Below, piece by piece: positions 1 to 10,381 of a stretch of DNA of 64,000 nt. How positions within the stretch are numbered: the first letter of the stretch is position 1; each line of letters opens with the position of its first letter. The notes under the pieces were generated by a model. It did not search any database. It was not told the DNA's origin and saw only the letters and a list, made by a program, of their open reading frames with translations. Origin of the DNA: an uncultured Chloroflexia bacterium (GTDB taxonomy: Bacteria; Chloroflexota; Limnocylindria; Limnocylindrales; CSP1-4); the NCBI GenBank assembly GCA_963813535.1, contig CAWEZH010000002.1, positions 1,696,001-1,760,000 of the forward strand, written 5' to 3'. A program made the translations under genes and the position numbers.

Positions 1-1200
1 ACCACCGCCTGGTCCAACCTCGTCAATGGTGTCTCCGGCTTGGCGCCGATCACCTATTTCGACACGTCGCCGTACGAGGCGAAAGTGGCCGGCGAGGTCC
101 ACGACTTCGATGCCAAGGAGTGGATGGACCCCAAGGCTGCCCGCCGCAGCGAGACGAGCATGCACTTCGGGGTGGCAGCGGCCAAGCAGGCGCTCGCCGA
201 CTCCGGCTTCGAGCTGACCGACGAGAACCGCACCGAGGTGGGGGTCGTGTTCGGGTCGGGCGCGGGCGGCCAGCAGCTGATGATCGACAACTACGTCTCG
301 TTGCACGACAAGGGCCCCCGGACGGTCGCACCCACGTTCATCGCCAACGCGCTGGTCGACAGCTGCTCGGGCATGATCGCCATCGAGACCGGGGCCATCG
401 GGCACAACGTGTGCATGGTGTCGGCCTGCGCGACCGGCACGCACAACGTGGGTGAGGCCGCCGAGACCATCCGCCGTGGCGACTGCGTGGCGGTCATCAG
501 CGGCTCGACCGAGGCGCCGTTGCTCGAGGTCGCGCACGCCGGGTTCTCGAACATGCGCGGCATGGGTCTGCCGCGCCCCGGCGAGGAGCCGCAGACCGTC
601 TCACGCCCGTTCGACGCGACCCGCGACGGGTTCGTGCTCGGCGAGGGGGCCGGTTCGCTGTTCCTCGAGGACCTCGAGCTGGCCAAGGAACGCGGGGCCA
701 CGATCTACGCCGAGGTCGTCGGCTACGGCTCGGCGGCCGACGGTTGGGACATGGTCCAGCCGATCGACGCCGGCGTCGGCTCGTCTCGCGCCATGCAGAT
801 GGCGCTCGATCGACGGGGCGTGCCGGCCGACGAGGTCGACCTCATCAACCCGCACGGGACGTCGACACCGCTCGGTGACAAGCGCGAGGCGGAGGCTGTG
901 TGGGCGACGTTCGGATCGCGAGCGGCCCGCGACGCCAAGTCCATCGCCATCAGCGCCACCAAGTCCATGACCGGCCACATGATGGGGGCGGCCGGCGCCT
1001 TCGAGGCCTTCGCGACGGTCATGTCGGTCGCCGAACAGTGCGCCCCCGGCACGCTCAACTACCGGGACTTCGATCCGGAGTGCGACCTGTGGGTCCCTGC
1101 GGAGACCGTGCCGATGCCGATCCGCTACGCGCTGTCGAACAACATCGGGCTTGGCGGCCACAACGGCGCCGTCATCTTCAAGAGGTATGACGGAGACTGA
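1..1200 (+). CDS. fabF: Beta-ketoacyl-ACP synthase II, 5' end outside the window
   Basis: Frame is open from base 1. Catalytic Cys (SACATG), His (HGTST), His (GHMMGAAG) and RPFD..RDGFV motif. C-terminal motif is NNIGLGGHN instead of NSFGFGGxN. Confidence 0.92.
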   Translation, partial: TTAWSNLVNGVSGLAPITYFDTSPYEAKVAGEVHDFDAKEWMDPKAARRSETSMHFGVAAAKQALADSGFELTDENRTEVGVVFGSGAGGQQLMIDNYVSLHDKGPRTVAPTFIANALVDSCSGMIAIETGAIGHNVCMVSACATGTHNVGEAAETIRRGDCVAVISGSTEAPLLEVAHAGFSNMRGMGLPRPGEEPQTVSRPFDATRDGFVLGEGAGSLFLEDLELAKERGATIYAEVVGYGSAADGWDMVQPIDAGVGSSRAMQMALDRRGVPADEVDLINPHGTSTPLGDKREAEAVWATFGSRAARDAKSIAISATKSMTGHMMGAAGAFEAFATVMSVAEQCAPGTLNYRDFDPECDLWVPAETVPMPIRYALSNNIGLGGHNGAVIFKRYDGD

Positions 1201-1239
1201 CCGTCCGACCCCCTGGATCCACCCCTACAATCCGTCCCG

Positions 1240-2505
1240 ATGCCTGAACGAGACCCCAGCCGTCGCGCGGTCGTGACCGGTCTCGGCGCGATCATGCCGA
1301 TCGGGAACGACTTCCCGACGTACTGGGCGAACCTCCGGGCCGGCGTGACCGGCACGCGGACGATCCGCAGCTTCGACGCGTCGCAGCACGAAGTCCGCAT
1401 CGCCGCCGAGGTGCTCGACTTCGACCCGACGAGCGTCATGGAACCCAAGATGGCCCGCCGGATGAGCCGCTTCATCCACCTGGCGATGGGCGCCGGCAAG
1501 GAGGCCGTCGCCGACTCCGGCATCGACTTCGCGGCGATGAGCCAGGAGCAGCGCGACCGGGTCGGGGTCGTCGTGAACACGGGTGGCGGTGGGATCGAGC
1601 AGATCATCGATGGCACGCACGTGCACGACCAGAAGGGTCCGAGATTCGTGTCTCCGTTCGCGGTGCCGGCGTTGTCGGGCTCGATGGGGGCCGCGATGCT
1701 GTCCATGGAGTGGGGTCTGACCGGGCCCGTCATCACGCAGGTCGCGGCCTGCGCCACGTCCGTCATCGCGTTCCACGACGCGCTGCGGCTGATCCGCGAC
1801 GGCGAATGCGACGTCGTCATCACCGGCGGATCCGAGGCGCCGATCTGGCCGATGGGCGTGGCGGCGCTCGCGAACATGACGGCGCTCTCGAAGCGGAACG
1901 ACGAGCCCGAGAGCGCGTCCCGACCGTTCGACGCCACACGCGACGGCTTCGTGCTCGGCGAAGGTGCCGGGGTCACCATCGTCGAGTCGCTCGAGCATGC
2001 TCGGAACCGTGGCGCGACGCCGATCGCCGAGATCATCGGCGGCGCGCTCACCGCGGACGCGTTCCACATCAGTGCGCCGGAGCCGACCGGCCGTGGCCAG
2101 GCACGCTCGATGACCAACGCCATGCGTCACGCTGGCATCGCGCCCGACGAGGTCGACTACATCGTGGCCCACGGCACAGCCACGCCGCTCAACGACGTGA
2201 CCGAGACCCGCGCGATCAAGACCGCCTACGGGGACCACGCGTACAAGGTCGCGATCAGCTCGCCGAAGTCGATGATCGGCCACCTCGTCGGTGCCGCGGG
2301 GATCGCCAGTGCTCTCGCCGCGGTGGGCGCGATCCGGGATCAGGTCATCCCGCCGACCGCGAACCTGCGCACGCCCGACCCGGAATGCGACCTCGACTAC
2401 GTGCCCGTCACCGCCCGGAAGGCGAAGGTCGAGACGGTCGCGGTCGATGGCTTCGGTTTCGGCGGCCAGAACGCCGTCACGATCTTCCGAAAGCTGGTCG
2501 ACTAG
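1240..2505 (+). CDS. fabF: Beta-ketoacyl-ACP synthase II, second paralog
   Basis: VVTGLG N-terminus, AACATS, HGTAT, GHLVGAAG, GFGFGGQN. TACAAT lies 8 nt upstream of the ATG. Confidence 0.93.
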   Translation: MPERDPSRRAVVTGLGAIMPIGNDFPTYWANLRAGVTGTRTIRSFDASQHEVRIAAEVLDFDPTSVMEPKMARRMSRFIHLAMGAGKEAVADSGIDFAAMSQEQRDRVGVVVNTGGGGIEQIIDGTHVHDQKGPRFVSPFAVPALSGSMGAAMLSMEWGLTGPVITQVAACATSVIAFHDALRLIRDGECDVVITGGSEAPIWPMGVAALANMTALSKRNDEPESASRPFDATRDGFVLGEGAGVTIVESLEHARNRGATPIAEIIGGALTADAFHISAPEPTGRGQARSMTNAMRHAGIAPDEVDYIVAHGTATPLNDVTETRAIKTAYGDHAYKVAISSPKSMIGHLVGAAGIASALAAVGAIRDQVIPPTANLRTPDPECDLDYVPVTARKAKVETVAVDGFGFGGQNAVTIFRKLVD

Positions 2506-2553
2506 GCCCTACCCGGCACAGTCAGGACCGCCGCACCAGCCGTCGAGCGAACG

Positions 2554-3039
2554 TTATCGCAGGGAACGGCCCTCGTGGGTCTCGATGGCAGCGATGAAGG
2601 ACTCCCCCAATGGGGCCGGGCGGTCGGTGCGGTAGTCGTAGCGGACCATGACCGACTCGCTCGTGGCGACCAGGCGCGGCGATCCGCCCGGGCCGCGCGC
2701 CGTCAACCGATGCTCGAGCGTGAATGACGTCCTCCCGAGGCGGGTCGCGCGCGTCTCGACCGTGACTGTATCGGTGTGGTAGACCGGCGCGCGATAGGTG
2801 ATCCGGGCCTCGGCCAGGATGAGGCTCTCCGCCCCCTCGTGGCCGGCCGCGACAGGTTCGCCAGTCACGTCGGACCAATAGCGGATCCGGGCCATCTCGC
2901 AGTACGTCAGGTACACGGCGTTATTGACGTGGCCCATCGCGTCGGTGTCGGCGAATCGGACAACGACATCGCCCCGGTGGGCGAAGTCGCCCGCCAGGTC
3001 GCGCGGGTCGTCGGGCGTCTCGATGCGTCCGTGAGCCAT
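2554..3039 (-). CDS. Acyl-CoA thioesterase, 4HBT/YbgC hotdog family
   Basis: VRFADTDAMGHVNNAVY motif. Start reassigned to ATG 3039, just after the copA stop. Confidence 0.88.
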   Translation of the reverse strand: MAHGRIETPDDPRDLAGDFAHRGDVVVRFADTDAMGHVNNAVYLTYCEMARIRYWSDVTGEPVAAGHEGAESLILAEARITYRAPVYHTDTVTVETRATRLGRTSFTLEHRLTARGPGGSPRLVATSESVMVRYDYRTDRPAPLGESFIAAIETHEGRSLR

Positions 3040-3046
3040 GGCGGCC

Positions 3047-5747
3047 TCAGTCTGGCGGCTGGACGACCAGCGTGCCGACCATCCCCGACTCGGCATGGCC
3101 CGGCACCGTGCACAGGATCCGGTAGGTGCCCGGATCGTCGATCCGGAACCTGATCCGCTGGGTCTGCCCCGGTCGCGCTGCCGCGTCGACGTTCGCGAGG
3201 CCCTCGGCTTCCCAGTCGTGGAAGACCGGGTCGTCGTTGCGGAATGACAGCGCCACCGTCGTGCCCGCCTCGACGGACAGGTCTGCCGGTTCGAATCGGA
3301 GATCGCGGGCGACCACCGACACCTGGCTCGCGCCCTCCTCGATCCAGCGATCCGCGGCCATCCCGAGGCCGGCGACCCCGAAGGCGGCGAGCGCCACCGC
3401 CACGAGGAACGAGGCTTCCCTGAGGCGGGCCACGCGCGCGCGACGGACGCGATGCTCTGCCTCGGGTCGTGCGTCGTAGGCGCGCAGCCGAAGAGCGTTC
3501 GCGACGACGGTGACCGAAGACAGTGCCATCGCACCCGCCGCCATCCCAGGTGACAGGGCGATGCCGAACGCCGGGATGAGGACCCCCATCGCGACGGGGA
3601 TCAGCACCACGTTGTAGGCGAACGCCCAGAAGAGGTTCTGGCGCACCGTCGTCATGGTCGCCCGCGACAGGCCGATCGCCGTCGGCACACCACGTGGGTC
3701 GGCGTGCATCAACGCGACCCGGGCCGTTTCGATCGCGATATCCGTGCCGGTCCCGATGGCGATGCCGACGTCGGCCTGCGCCAGCGCCGGAGCGTCGTTG
3801 ATCCCATCGCCCACCATCGCGACCGTCCGACCGCGGCCCTGGAGACGCCCGACGATGGACGCCTTGTCCTCAGGCCGGGCGTCCCCGACGACGCGGTGGG
3901 CGGGGATCCCCACCTGGCCCCCGACGGCCAGGGCGGTCGAGCGCGCATCGCCAGTCACCAGCCAGACCTCGATGCCGGCACGCGCCAGCTCACGGACGGC
4001 GGCCGCGGACTCGGCGCGGACCGGATCGGTGATCCCGACGACCCCGGCTGCCCGACCGTCGATCGCGACCGATGCGATGGTCCTGCCACTCTCGCCGGCG
4101 GCCGCGATCGCGGCCTCGAGCGGTTCCTGTTCCACGCCCTCCGCGACCAGCCAGCGGACGCTGCCGATCGCCACGTCGCGAGGCCCGTCGGCCGCATCGA
4201 CCGTTCCTCGGACACCACCCCCAGCGACGACCCCGATGTCGCGGACCGGGAGGAAGCCGAGCTCGCGCTTGTTCGCGTACGCGACGATCGCGGCGCCCAG
4301 AGGGTGCTCGCTCGCTCGCTCGACCGACGCGACCAGGTCGATGAGCGTCCGTTCGTCGGTGCCCGGGGCGGTCACGACCTCTCTGACTGTCGGTCGGCCG
4401 AGAGTCAGCGTCCCGGTCTTGTCGAAGACCACGGCGTCGATCCGCTCAGCACGTTCGAGCACGTCGCCGCCACGGATGAGGATCCCGGCCTCGGCGCCAC
4501 GACCGGTACCGACCATGACCGCCGCAGGCGTAGCGAGACCCATCGCGCACGGGCAGGCGATGACGACGACGCTGATGAACGCTGTGAGCGCGAGGGTCAG
4601 CCGCGGCTCCGGGCCGGCGAGGAACCAGATCGCGAACGTCGCCGTGGCCACGACCAGCACGATGGGTACGAACGCCTCGGCGATCCGATCGGCCAGGTGC
4701 TGGATCGGCGCCTTGCTGCCCTGCGCCCGGCGCACCGCGTCGACGATCCGTGCCAGGGCGGTGTCGTGGCCGACACGCGTCGCGCGCATCAGGAACGTGC
4801 CGGTCCGGTTCAGCGTCGCCCCCACGACCTCGCTGCCCGGCTCGGACCTCGACGGGCATCGGCTCGCCGGTCAGCATGCTGGCGTCCACGGCCGACGCGC
4901 CCTCGACGACCACCCCGTCGACCGGCACCTTCTCGCCGGGACGGACCCGCAGGAGGTCGCCGACGACGACACCCTCGAGTGGGACGTCGGTCTCGTGGCC
5001 GTCGGCGACGAGGCGCGCGGTGGTCGGCTGGAGGCCGATGAGACGGCGGATCGCCCCGGCCGTGCCGGCCTTGGCCCGGCTCTCGAGCCAGCGCCCGAGC
5101 AGGACCAGCCCGATGATGATCGTCGAGGCGTCGAAGTAGGTCTCCGGGTGGAGCCCGGCCTCGTGGATGGCCTCCGGGAAGAGCGTGACGCCGACGCTGT
5201 ACAGCCAAGCGGCCGTGGTGCCGACGGCGATCAACGTGTCCATGTTCGCGGTGCCGTGACGGAGCGCCCGCCACGCCGCGCGGTAGAAGCGGGCGCCGGC
5301 CACGAACTGGATCACGGTCGCGGGGATCAGGGCGATCCAGTTGATCGTCTCCATCGGCACGCGCGTCTGGGGGACGAACATCGCGATCATGATCCCGATG
5401 GCGACCGCGATCGACGCGACGGCCTGGCGGAGCAGCAGCCTCGCCTCCCGATCCCGCCGCGCATCGTCGACCGCCGCCTCGTCGACCAGCGAGGTGTTCG
5501 ACGGCTCGGTGGTCGTCTGCTGCTCCCGCACGTCGTAACCGGCCGCCTCGACCGCGGCGACGAACCGGTCGGGTCCGGTCACATCAGGGAGGTACCGGAT
5601 CGTCGCCTGCTCCGTGGCGAGATTGACCGTGGCCTCCTCGACACCATCGGTCGCGCGGAGGAACCGCTCGATGCGGTTCACGCAGGAGCCACACGTCATG
5701 CCCTCGATCGGCAGCTGGATCTCAGCGTGGGAGGTGCTGTTTGTCAT
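3047..5747 (-). CDS. copA: Cu(I)-translocating P1B ATPase with N-terminal HMA domain and C-terminal cupredoxin; one extra base at about 4844-4845
   Basis: GMTCGSC, TGEP, CPC, DKTGT, SEHP, GDGIND, YN and MALSS motifs are split across ORFs 4446-5783 and 3047-4825. Removing one C from gaggtccgagccg (minus strand) restores [14 protein letters not shown]. Confidence 0.9.
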
Positions 5748-5762
5748 ACTCCCAGGGAGTAT
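5746..5762. promoter_or_regulatory. CsoR-type operator palindrome overlapping the copA -10 element and start codon
   Basis: Perfect inverted repeat ATACTCCC-A-GGGAGTAT. Minus-strand TATACT at 5758-5763. Resembles TAC-C-tract/G-tract-GTA CsoR operators. Confidence 0.7.
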
Positions 5763-5806
5763 ACCGTGGCGGCATGCCTGCACCCACGGGGCGCAGACTG
5801 GGCGTC

Positions 5807-6382
5807 ATGGCAGATCGCATCGTGACGGCCGTCCTCGACGGGATCGGAGCGCCGTTCCGGATCGCGGCCACGGAGCGTGGGATCGTGGCGGCCGGTTGGC
5901 AGCCTGACAACGACGTCTTCGAGGGTGAGCTCCGGGCACGGCTGCACCTCCCCGTCGTCGCCCTCGCCGATGCTCCCTCGGACGACCCCGCTGCGCGCGT
6001 CCTGCGGGCAGCGTTGCCGACCGTCGAGGCGATCCTCCAGAGCACCCCAGCCGACGGCCGTGACCTTCCCGTCGACCTCGCCGACCGGCCCGACTGGGAC
6101 CGGCGCGTGCTCGGCGAGGTCCGCCAGGTCGACTGGGGCCGAACGGCCAGCTACGGCGACATCGCGAAACGGGTCGGAGCACCGCGTGCGGCACGGGCGG
6201 TCGGTGGCGCCCTGGGCCGCAACCCGATCTCGCTGCTGATCCCGTGCCACCGGATCATCGCGGGCGACGGCACACTCGGTGGATACGGTGGGACCGGCTG
6301 GATCGACCGCGACCGGCAGCTGTCGCGCAAGGAGGCACTCCTGTTGCGCGAAGGCGTCACGGTGCCGAGGCGCGCGGTCTAG
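5807..6382 (+). CDS. ogt: Methylated-DNA--protein-cysteine methyltransferase
   Basis: SYGDIA..G.PRAARAVG helix-turn-helix, NPISLLIPCHR active site, GGYGG. Confidence 0.9.
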   Translation: MADRIVTAVLDGIGAPFRIAATERGIVAAGWQPDNDVFEGELRARLHLPVVALADAPSDDPAARVLRAALPTVEAILQSTPADGRDLPVDLADRPDWDRRVLGEVRQVDWGRTASYGDIAKRVGAPRAARAVGGALGRNPISLLIPCHRIIAGDGTLGGYGGTGWIDRDRQLSRKEALLLREGVTVPRRAV

Positions 6383-6466
6383 ACTCCCCAGCGACCGCCC
6401 GTCACGTCGGTCATCCCCGGGTCATCGAGCAACGGTACGGCGCCGTCCGGGCGCCCTGGAGGTCGC

Positions 6467-8300
6467 ATGACGGCAGCCTCGGTGCCCGCCGCCCCGTCGA
6501 TGTTCTCCGTCTTCCGCAAGCGCGATTTCTCGCTGCTGTGGCTTGCCCAACTGATCTCGACCGCGGGCTCGGCGCTGACCGACCTGGCCGCGGGCATCTA
6601 CGTCTTCCAGGTGACGGGCTCGGCGCTCGCGGTCGGGCTGACGCTGATGGTGACGGCAATCCCGAGCCTCGTCGTGGGGCTGCTGGCGGGCGTCTATGTC
6701 GACCGGCACGATCGCAAGAAGATCCTCATCTGGACGTGCCTGATCCAGGCGGTGATCGTCGGGGCCATCGCGTTCGTGCTCGGCATGGACGCCATCGCGA
6801 TCCCAGGGCTGTACGCGCTATTGCTGCTGAATGCGGGCGTCAAGCAGTTCTTCGATCCGGCGCACGAGAGCCTCATCCCCGAGATGGCCAGCGACGAGGA
6901 GCTGGCGGCGGCCAACTCGTTCCTGTCGATCGCCTCTTTCGGGTCCACCGCCATCGGCTTCGCGGGCGCCGGGATCCTCGCCAGCATCGACCTGCGGGTT
7001 GCGTTCGTCATCGATTTCGATCTCGTTCGTCGTGTGCGCGCTCCTGATCTCCCTGATGGGGCGCTACCCGATGCCGATCCCGGAAGACGAGGCCAGCGTC
7101 AAGGTCATCGTCGACAACCTCAAGTCGGGGCTCGGCGCGCTGTTCGGGATCCAGGTTCTCCGTTCGCTGTTCTTCGTCGGCGCGCTGATGTTCTTCTCGT
7201 TCGGACTCTGGAACGTCCTTCTGCTGCCGATGTCGCTACGCGAGCTGGACGCGACCGAATTCGAATACGGCCTCCAGGAGGGGCTCACGTCGGTCGGTTT
7301 CGTGATCGGATCCTTCTTCATGGCGCGCTTCTCGGATCGCCTGCCGGAGTCGCTGTGGGTGTTCGTCGGCCTGATCGGGATGGGCGTCTGCGGGCTCGCG
7401 TATGCGGCGGCGACGTCGGTTCCCGTGGCCATCCTGCTGGTGATGTTCTCGGGCTTCTTCAACTCGCCGACATCGGTGGCCCGTTCCGTCCTGCTCCAGC
7501 GGAATACGCCACGCGAGCTTCGCGGCCGGGTCTTCTCCACCTACTACGTCATGCGCGACGTGATCTTCCTCTTCGGCATGGCCGGCGCGGGCCTGGCCGA
7601 CATCATCAACGTCAGGGTCATGATCGCGTTCGCATCGATCCTGCTGTTCGGAGCTGCGGCCTACGCCCTGGTGGCGCCCGGCCTTGGTCTCGGCTCGTTG
7701 CGCGCCGCACGCGCCAGGCTGGCGGGTGCTGCCGGCGCGGCAGGGCTTGCGGCGGCCTCGTTCCGGCCGGCCACGCTCGCCGACTTCGACCTCCTGGTGG
7801 GCAAACTGCCCACGTTCGCCCGGCTATCGGGCACCCAGCGCGAAGCATTCCTGCGCGATGCGAGCATCCGCGACGTGCCGGCGGGGACGCGGATCGTGGA
7901 GCACGGGGACACCGCATCGTCGGCGTATTTCATCCTCGCCGGGACCGCGACGGCCGGCATCCCCGAGGAGAACGGCTACCGCGGTCTCTCCACGATGCAG
8001 GAAGGCGACTTCTTCGGGGAGATCGCGGCCCTGACAGGCAACCCGCGGACCGCCGATGTCGTCGCCGACACGGACACGACGCTGCTCGAGGTGCCCGCCG
8101 ACGCGTTACGCGCCACGATGCCGGTGCCCGAGATCCGGCGGCTCGTGTACTCGACGCTGGAGTCCCGACTGCAACGGACCGAGGCGGCCGACCTGCCCCG
8201 TCTCGCCGGCCCGGACCAGGAGGCGTTGCGCGACCTGCGGACCCCACGACCCAACGTCGACGCCGCGCCAGGCTCGTCGCAGGGCGAGGCGACCTCCTGA
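6467..8300 (+). CDS. MFS transporter (MFS_3/DHA3-like) with C-terminal cyclic-nucleotide-binding domain; one extra T at 7015-7017
   Basis: GGAGG RBS and GVYVDRHDRK motif A. Removing one T gives IDSISFVVCALL and joins both halves. C-terminal GDFFGEIA...PRTADV phosphate-binding cassette. Confidence 0.87.
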
Positions 8301-8410
8301 AAGGGTGTCTCCTAGCCGACACCGATCCGGTCGCGTCCGGGCTACGGAGGATGGGCGTCCGGGGCGTACAGTTGCACGCAGCACCGTCACCCGTCACGGA
8401 GGAATGACCG

Positions 8411-8608
8411 ATGAAGAAGATCAGGCTCCCCAAGGAGGGGCTGGTCGAGCCCGAGGAGGGGACCCGCGGGGGCGACGGGTTCATCGACGAGAACGACGTT
8501 GAAGGCCACGGCCTGCCGATCACCGCGCCGCCCAGCATCGGCCAGCACGGCCCGGGCCACGGCGGCGAAGTCACGCCGACCGACAGCGACGAGGACACGA
8601 CCGACTAG
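8411..8608 (+). CDS. Small acidic Gly/Pro-rich peptide (65 aa) containing a DVEGH motif
   Basis: GGAGG 8 nt upstream, TACAGT -10-like element at 8367-8372, high GC3 codon use, downstream hairpin. Confidence 0.75.
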   Translation: MKKIRLPKEGLVEPEEGTRGGDGFIDENDVEGHGLPITAPPSIGQHGPGHGGEVTPTDSDEDTTD

Positions 8609-8638
8609 CCGACGCCGTTTCCATTACCGCTTCGACTG

Positions 8639-8660
8639 CCGCCCGGCACCAGCCGGGCGG
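8639..8660. terminator. GC-rich hairpin between the convergent peptide and S8 genes
   Basis: CCGCCCGGC-ACCA-GCCGGGCGG, with no strong U tail. Confidence 0.5.
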
Positions 8661-8667
8661 TCGTGAT

Positions 8668-9486
8668 TCAGGTCGGGGTCGACGCCGTCGCAGCCAGCAG
8701 CGCCTTGATCTCGAACGGGGAGGCCGTCGGATAGCGCGATCGGAGCCGCGCCGCCTGCCCGGCCAGATGCGGCGCCGCGAACGAGTTGCCCGTCGCGCGG
8801 ATGCGGCCGCCGTCCCGCCATGCCACGTCGACGTCCACGCCGAGTGCGCCGAACTCGACCGGGGGTGACGGGTTGTAGAACCACGTGTCGGGATCGGGCA
8901 GGTCGTGCGCGGCTACCGACACCACGCTTGCGAACAACGACGGGTACGACGGACCCGGGACGTTGTTCGCGGCACAGACCAGCAGCGTGTTCGCGAAGTA
9001 GGACCGGTCGGCGATGTCGTGGAAAGCCGCGAACATCGACTCGCTCCGCGACGACAGGCTCAGGTTGACGACCGCGATCCCCTCCCCGACCGCCCATTCG
9101 ATCGCCGCTGCGAGAGCGCGACCCTTGCCCCGGTTGTCGGCGCCGAGCATGCGGATCGACACGATGTCGGCGCCCTGCGCCACGCCCGCCACGATCCCGG
9201 CACACGCCGTCCCGTGGCCGACGAGGTCGCGCGGCTCGAGGTCGTCGACGACGTGGGCGTCCTCGCCGTCGAGGTCGACCCGCAGGTGGCGACCGATCCG
9301 GCCCGCCACGGCTGGGTGATCGCCGTCGACCCCGGAATCGACGACGGCGACCGTGACCCCACGACCGTCGGCGTCACCGAAGACCGTCGCCCGATCGAGG
9401 CGACCGAACGGGGCGTCGGGGCGCCCGAGCGATTCGCGGGCCCCGCCGGCGAACGCGTCACTCCATGCGGGGAGTAGCACGGTCAT
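8668..9486 (-). CDS. S8 subtilisin-like serine peptidase with no signal peptide
   Basis: Catalytic triad motifs VVDSG, GHGTACAG, GNSFAAP; oxyanion Asn in AANN. ATGA overlap with the upstream GAF gene. Confidence 0.9.
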   Translation of the reverse strand: MTVLLPAWSDAFAGGARESLGRPDAPFGRLDRATVFGDADGRGVTVAVVDSGVDGDHPAVAGRIGRHLRVDLDGEDAHVVDDLEPRDLVGHGTACAGIVAGVAQGADIVSIRMLGADNRGKGRALAAAIEWAVGEGIAVVNLSLSSRSESMFAAFHDIADRSYFANTLLVCAANNVPGPSYPSLFASVVSVAAHDLPDPDTWFYNPSPPVEFGALGVDVDVAWRDGGRIRATGNSFAAPHLAGQAARLRSRYPTASPFEIKALLAATASTPT

Positions 9487-10265
9487 CGGCCGTCCCCGTG
9501 GACGCCGCGCGACCCACCTCGATGCCGGAGCAGGGCATCGAGCCAGTCGACCACGAGATCGATCGACTCCGGATCGACGTCGCGCAGCGCCGCGATCTTG
9601 TCCACGAGGCGCCAGGTCTGGTCGTCGTCAGTGGCCGCCGCGGTCGTCGCGCGGGCGACGAGCGCATCGATCGCCGCGGGGTCGCGGCCACCGTCGTCCG
9701 CGTCGGCGAGCTCGCGCAGGCTCGCGCCGAGGATCGTCGCGGCGTCGCGCTCGATGTGCTGTCGGCCTACCGCCGACGCGATCACGGTCGCGATCGACGA
9801 GGCGACGTCGATGTCATGGAGGGAGAAGGTGCCGCGCCGGCCGTCGAGCGCCTCGAGGACGCCCAACGTCGCCCGCGAGTCGACGATCGGCACGGCCAGC
9901 AGCGACGAGGGCACGTATCCGGATGCCTCGGCGACGGATCGCTCGAATCGGGGATCCGCGGCGACGTCGGCGACGGCCAGGGGTTGGCCGGTCGTGAACA
10001 CGTAGCCCGCGATGCCGACCTCGGGCTCGATGGCCATGCCGACGATGTCGCCGGCCGCAGGCCCGGCGGCAGCCCGGAACACGAGCCGCCCGGTCAGCGG
10101 GTCGTACAGGGCGATGGACGCTGCCTGCGACTCGAGGGCAGTCGCTGCCACCCGGGCCAGCGAGACGACGAGGTCGTCGCCTGCGGGGGCAAGCTGATCG
10201 GCGACGTTCAGGCGGTGGGCGATGGCGTCGAGCACACGCTCGACGTCGCCCGGCTCGAGGCTCAT
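9483..10265 (-). CDS. Stand-alone GAF domain protein with helical C-terminal extension
   Basis: GIAGYVFTTGQPLAVADVAADPRF...SLLAVPI...GVLEALD...FS..D pattern. Confidence 0.85.
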   Translation of the reverse strand: MSLEPGDVERVLDAIAHRLNVADQLAPAGDDLVVSLARVAATALESQAASIALYDPLTGRLVFRAAAGPAAGDIVGMAIEPEVGIAGYVFTTGQPLAVADVAADPRFERSVAEASGYVPSSLLAVPIVDSRATLGVLEALDGRRGTFSLHDIDVASSIATVIASAVGRQHIERDAATILGASLRELADADDGGRDPAAIDALVARATTAAATDDDQTWRLVDKIAALRDVDPESIDLVVDWLDALLRHRGGSRGVHGDGR

Positions 10266-10381
10266 CTGCGTGCGGCCATCGCCGGGCGACCGGCGTCGAT
10301 CCGCCCGTCGTCGACGCCGCCGAAGAGGCGACACGCACGCAGCGCCTCGCGCTTCCGGCCGGCTTCGGGCGACGCCACCAC
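10262..10381 (-). pseudogene. 39-codon ORF resembling the N-terminal helix of a Crp/cNMP-binding protein, probably a remnant
   Basis: Translates as MVASPEAGRKREALRACRLFGGVDDGRIDAGRPAMAARR. TACGAT lies 6 nt before the GTG, and the stop overlaps the GAF ATG (ATGA). Confidence 0.5.

Noticed and set aside
3047-8300. copA and the MFS-cNMP gene as pseudogenes or programmed frameshifts
   Set aside because: All motifs are intact, there is no other decay and no slippery heptamer, and the same +1 error pattern occurs elsewhere in the window.
8404-8502. Alternative ORF MTDEEDQAPQGG… overlapping the DVEGH peptide
   Set aside because: The ATG is only 1 nt from the SD sequence and codon usage is poorer than in the 8411 frame.
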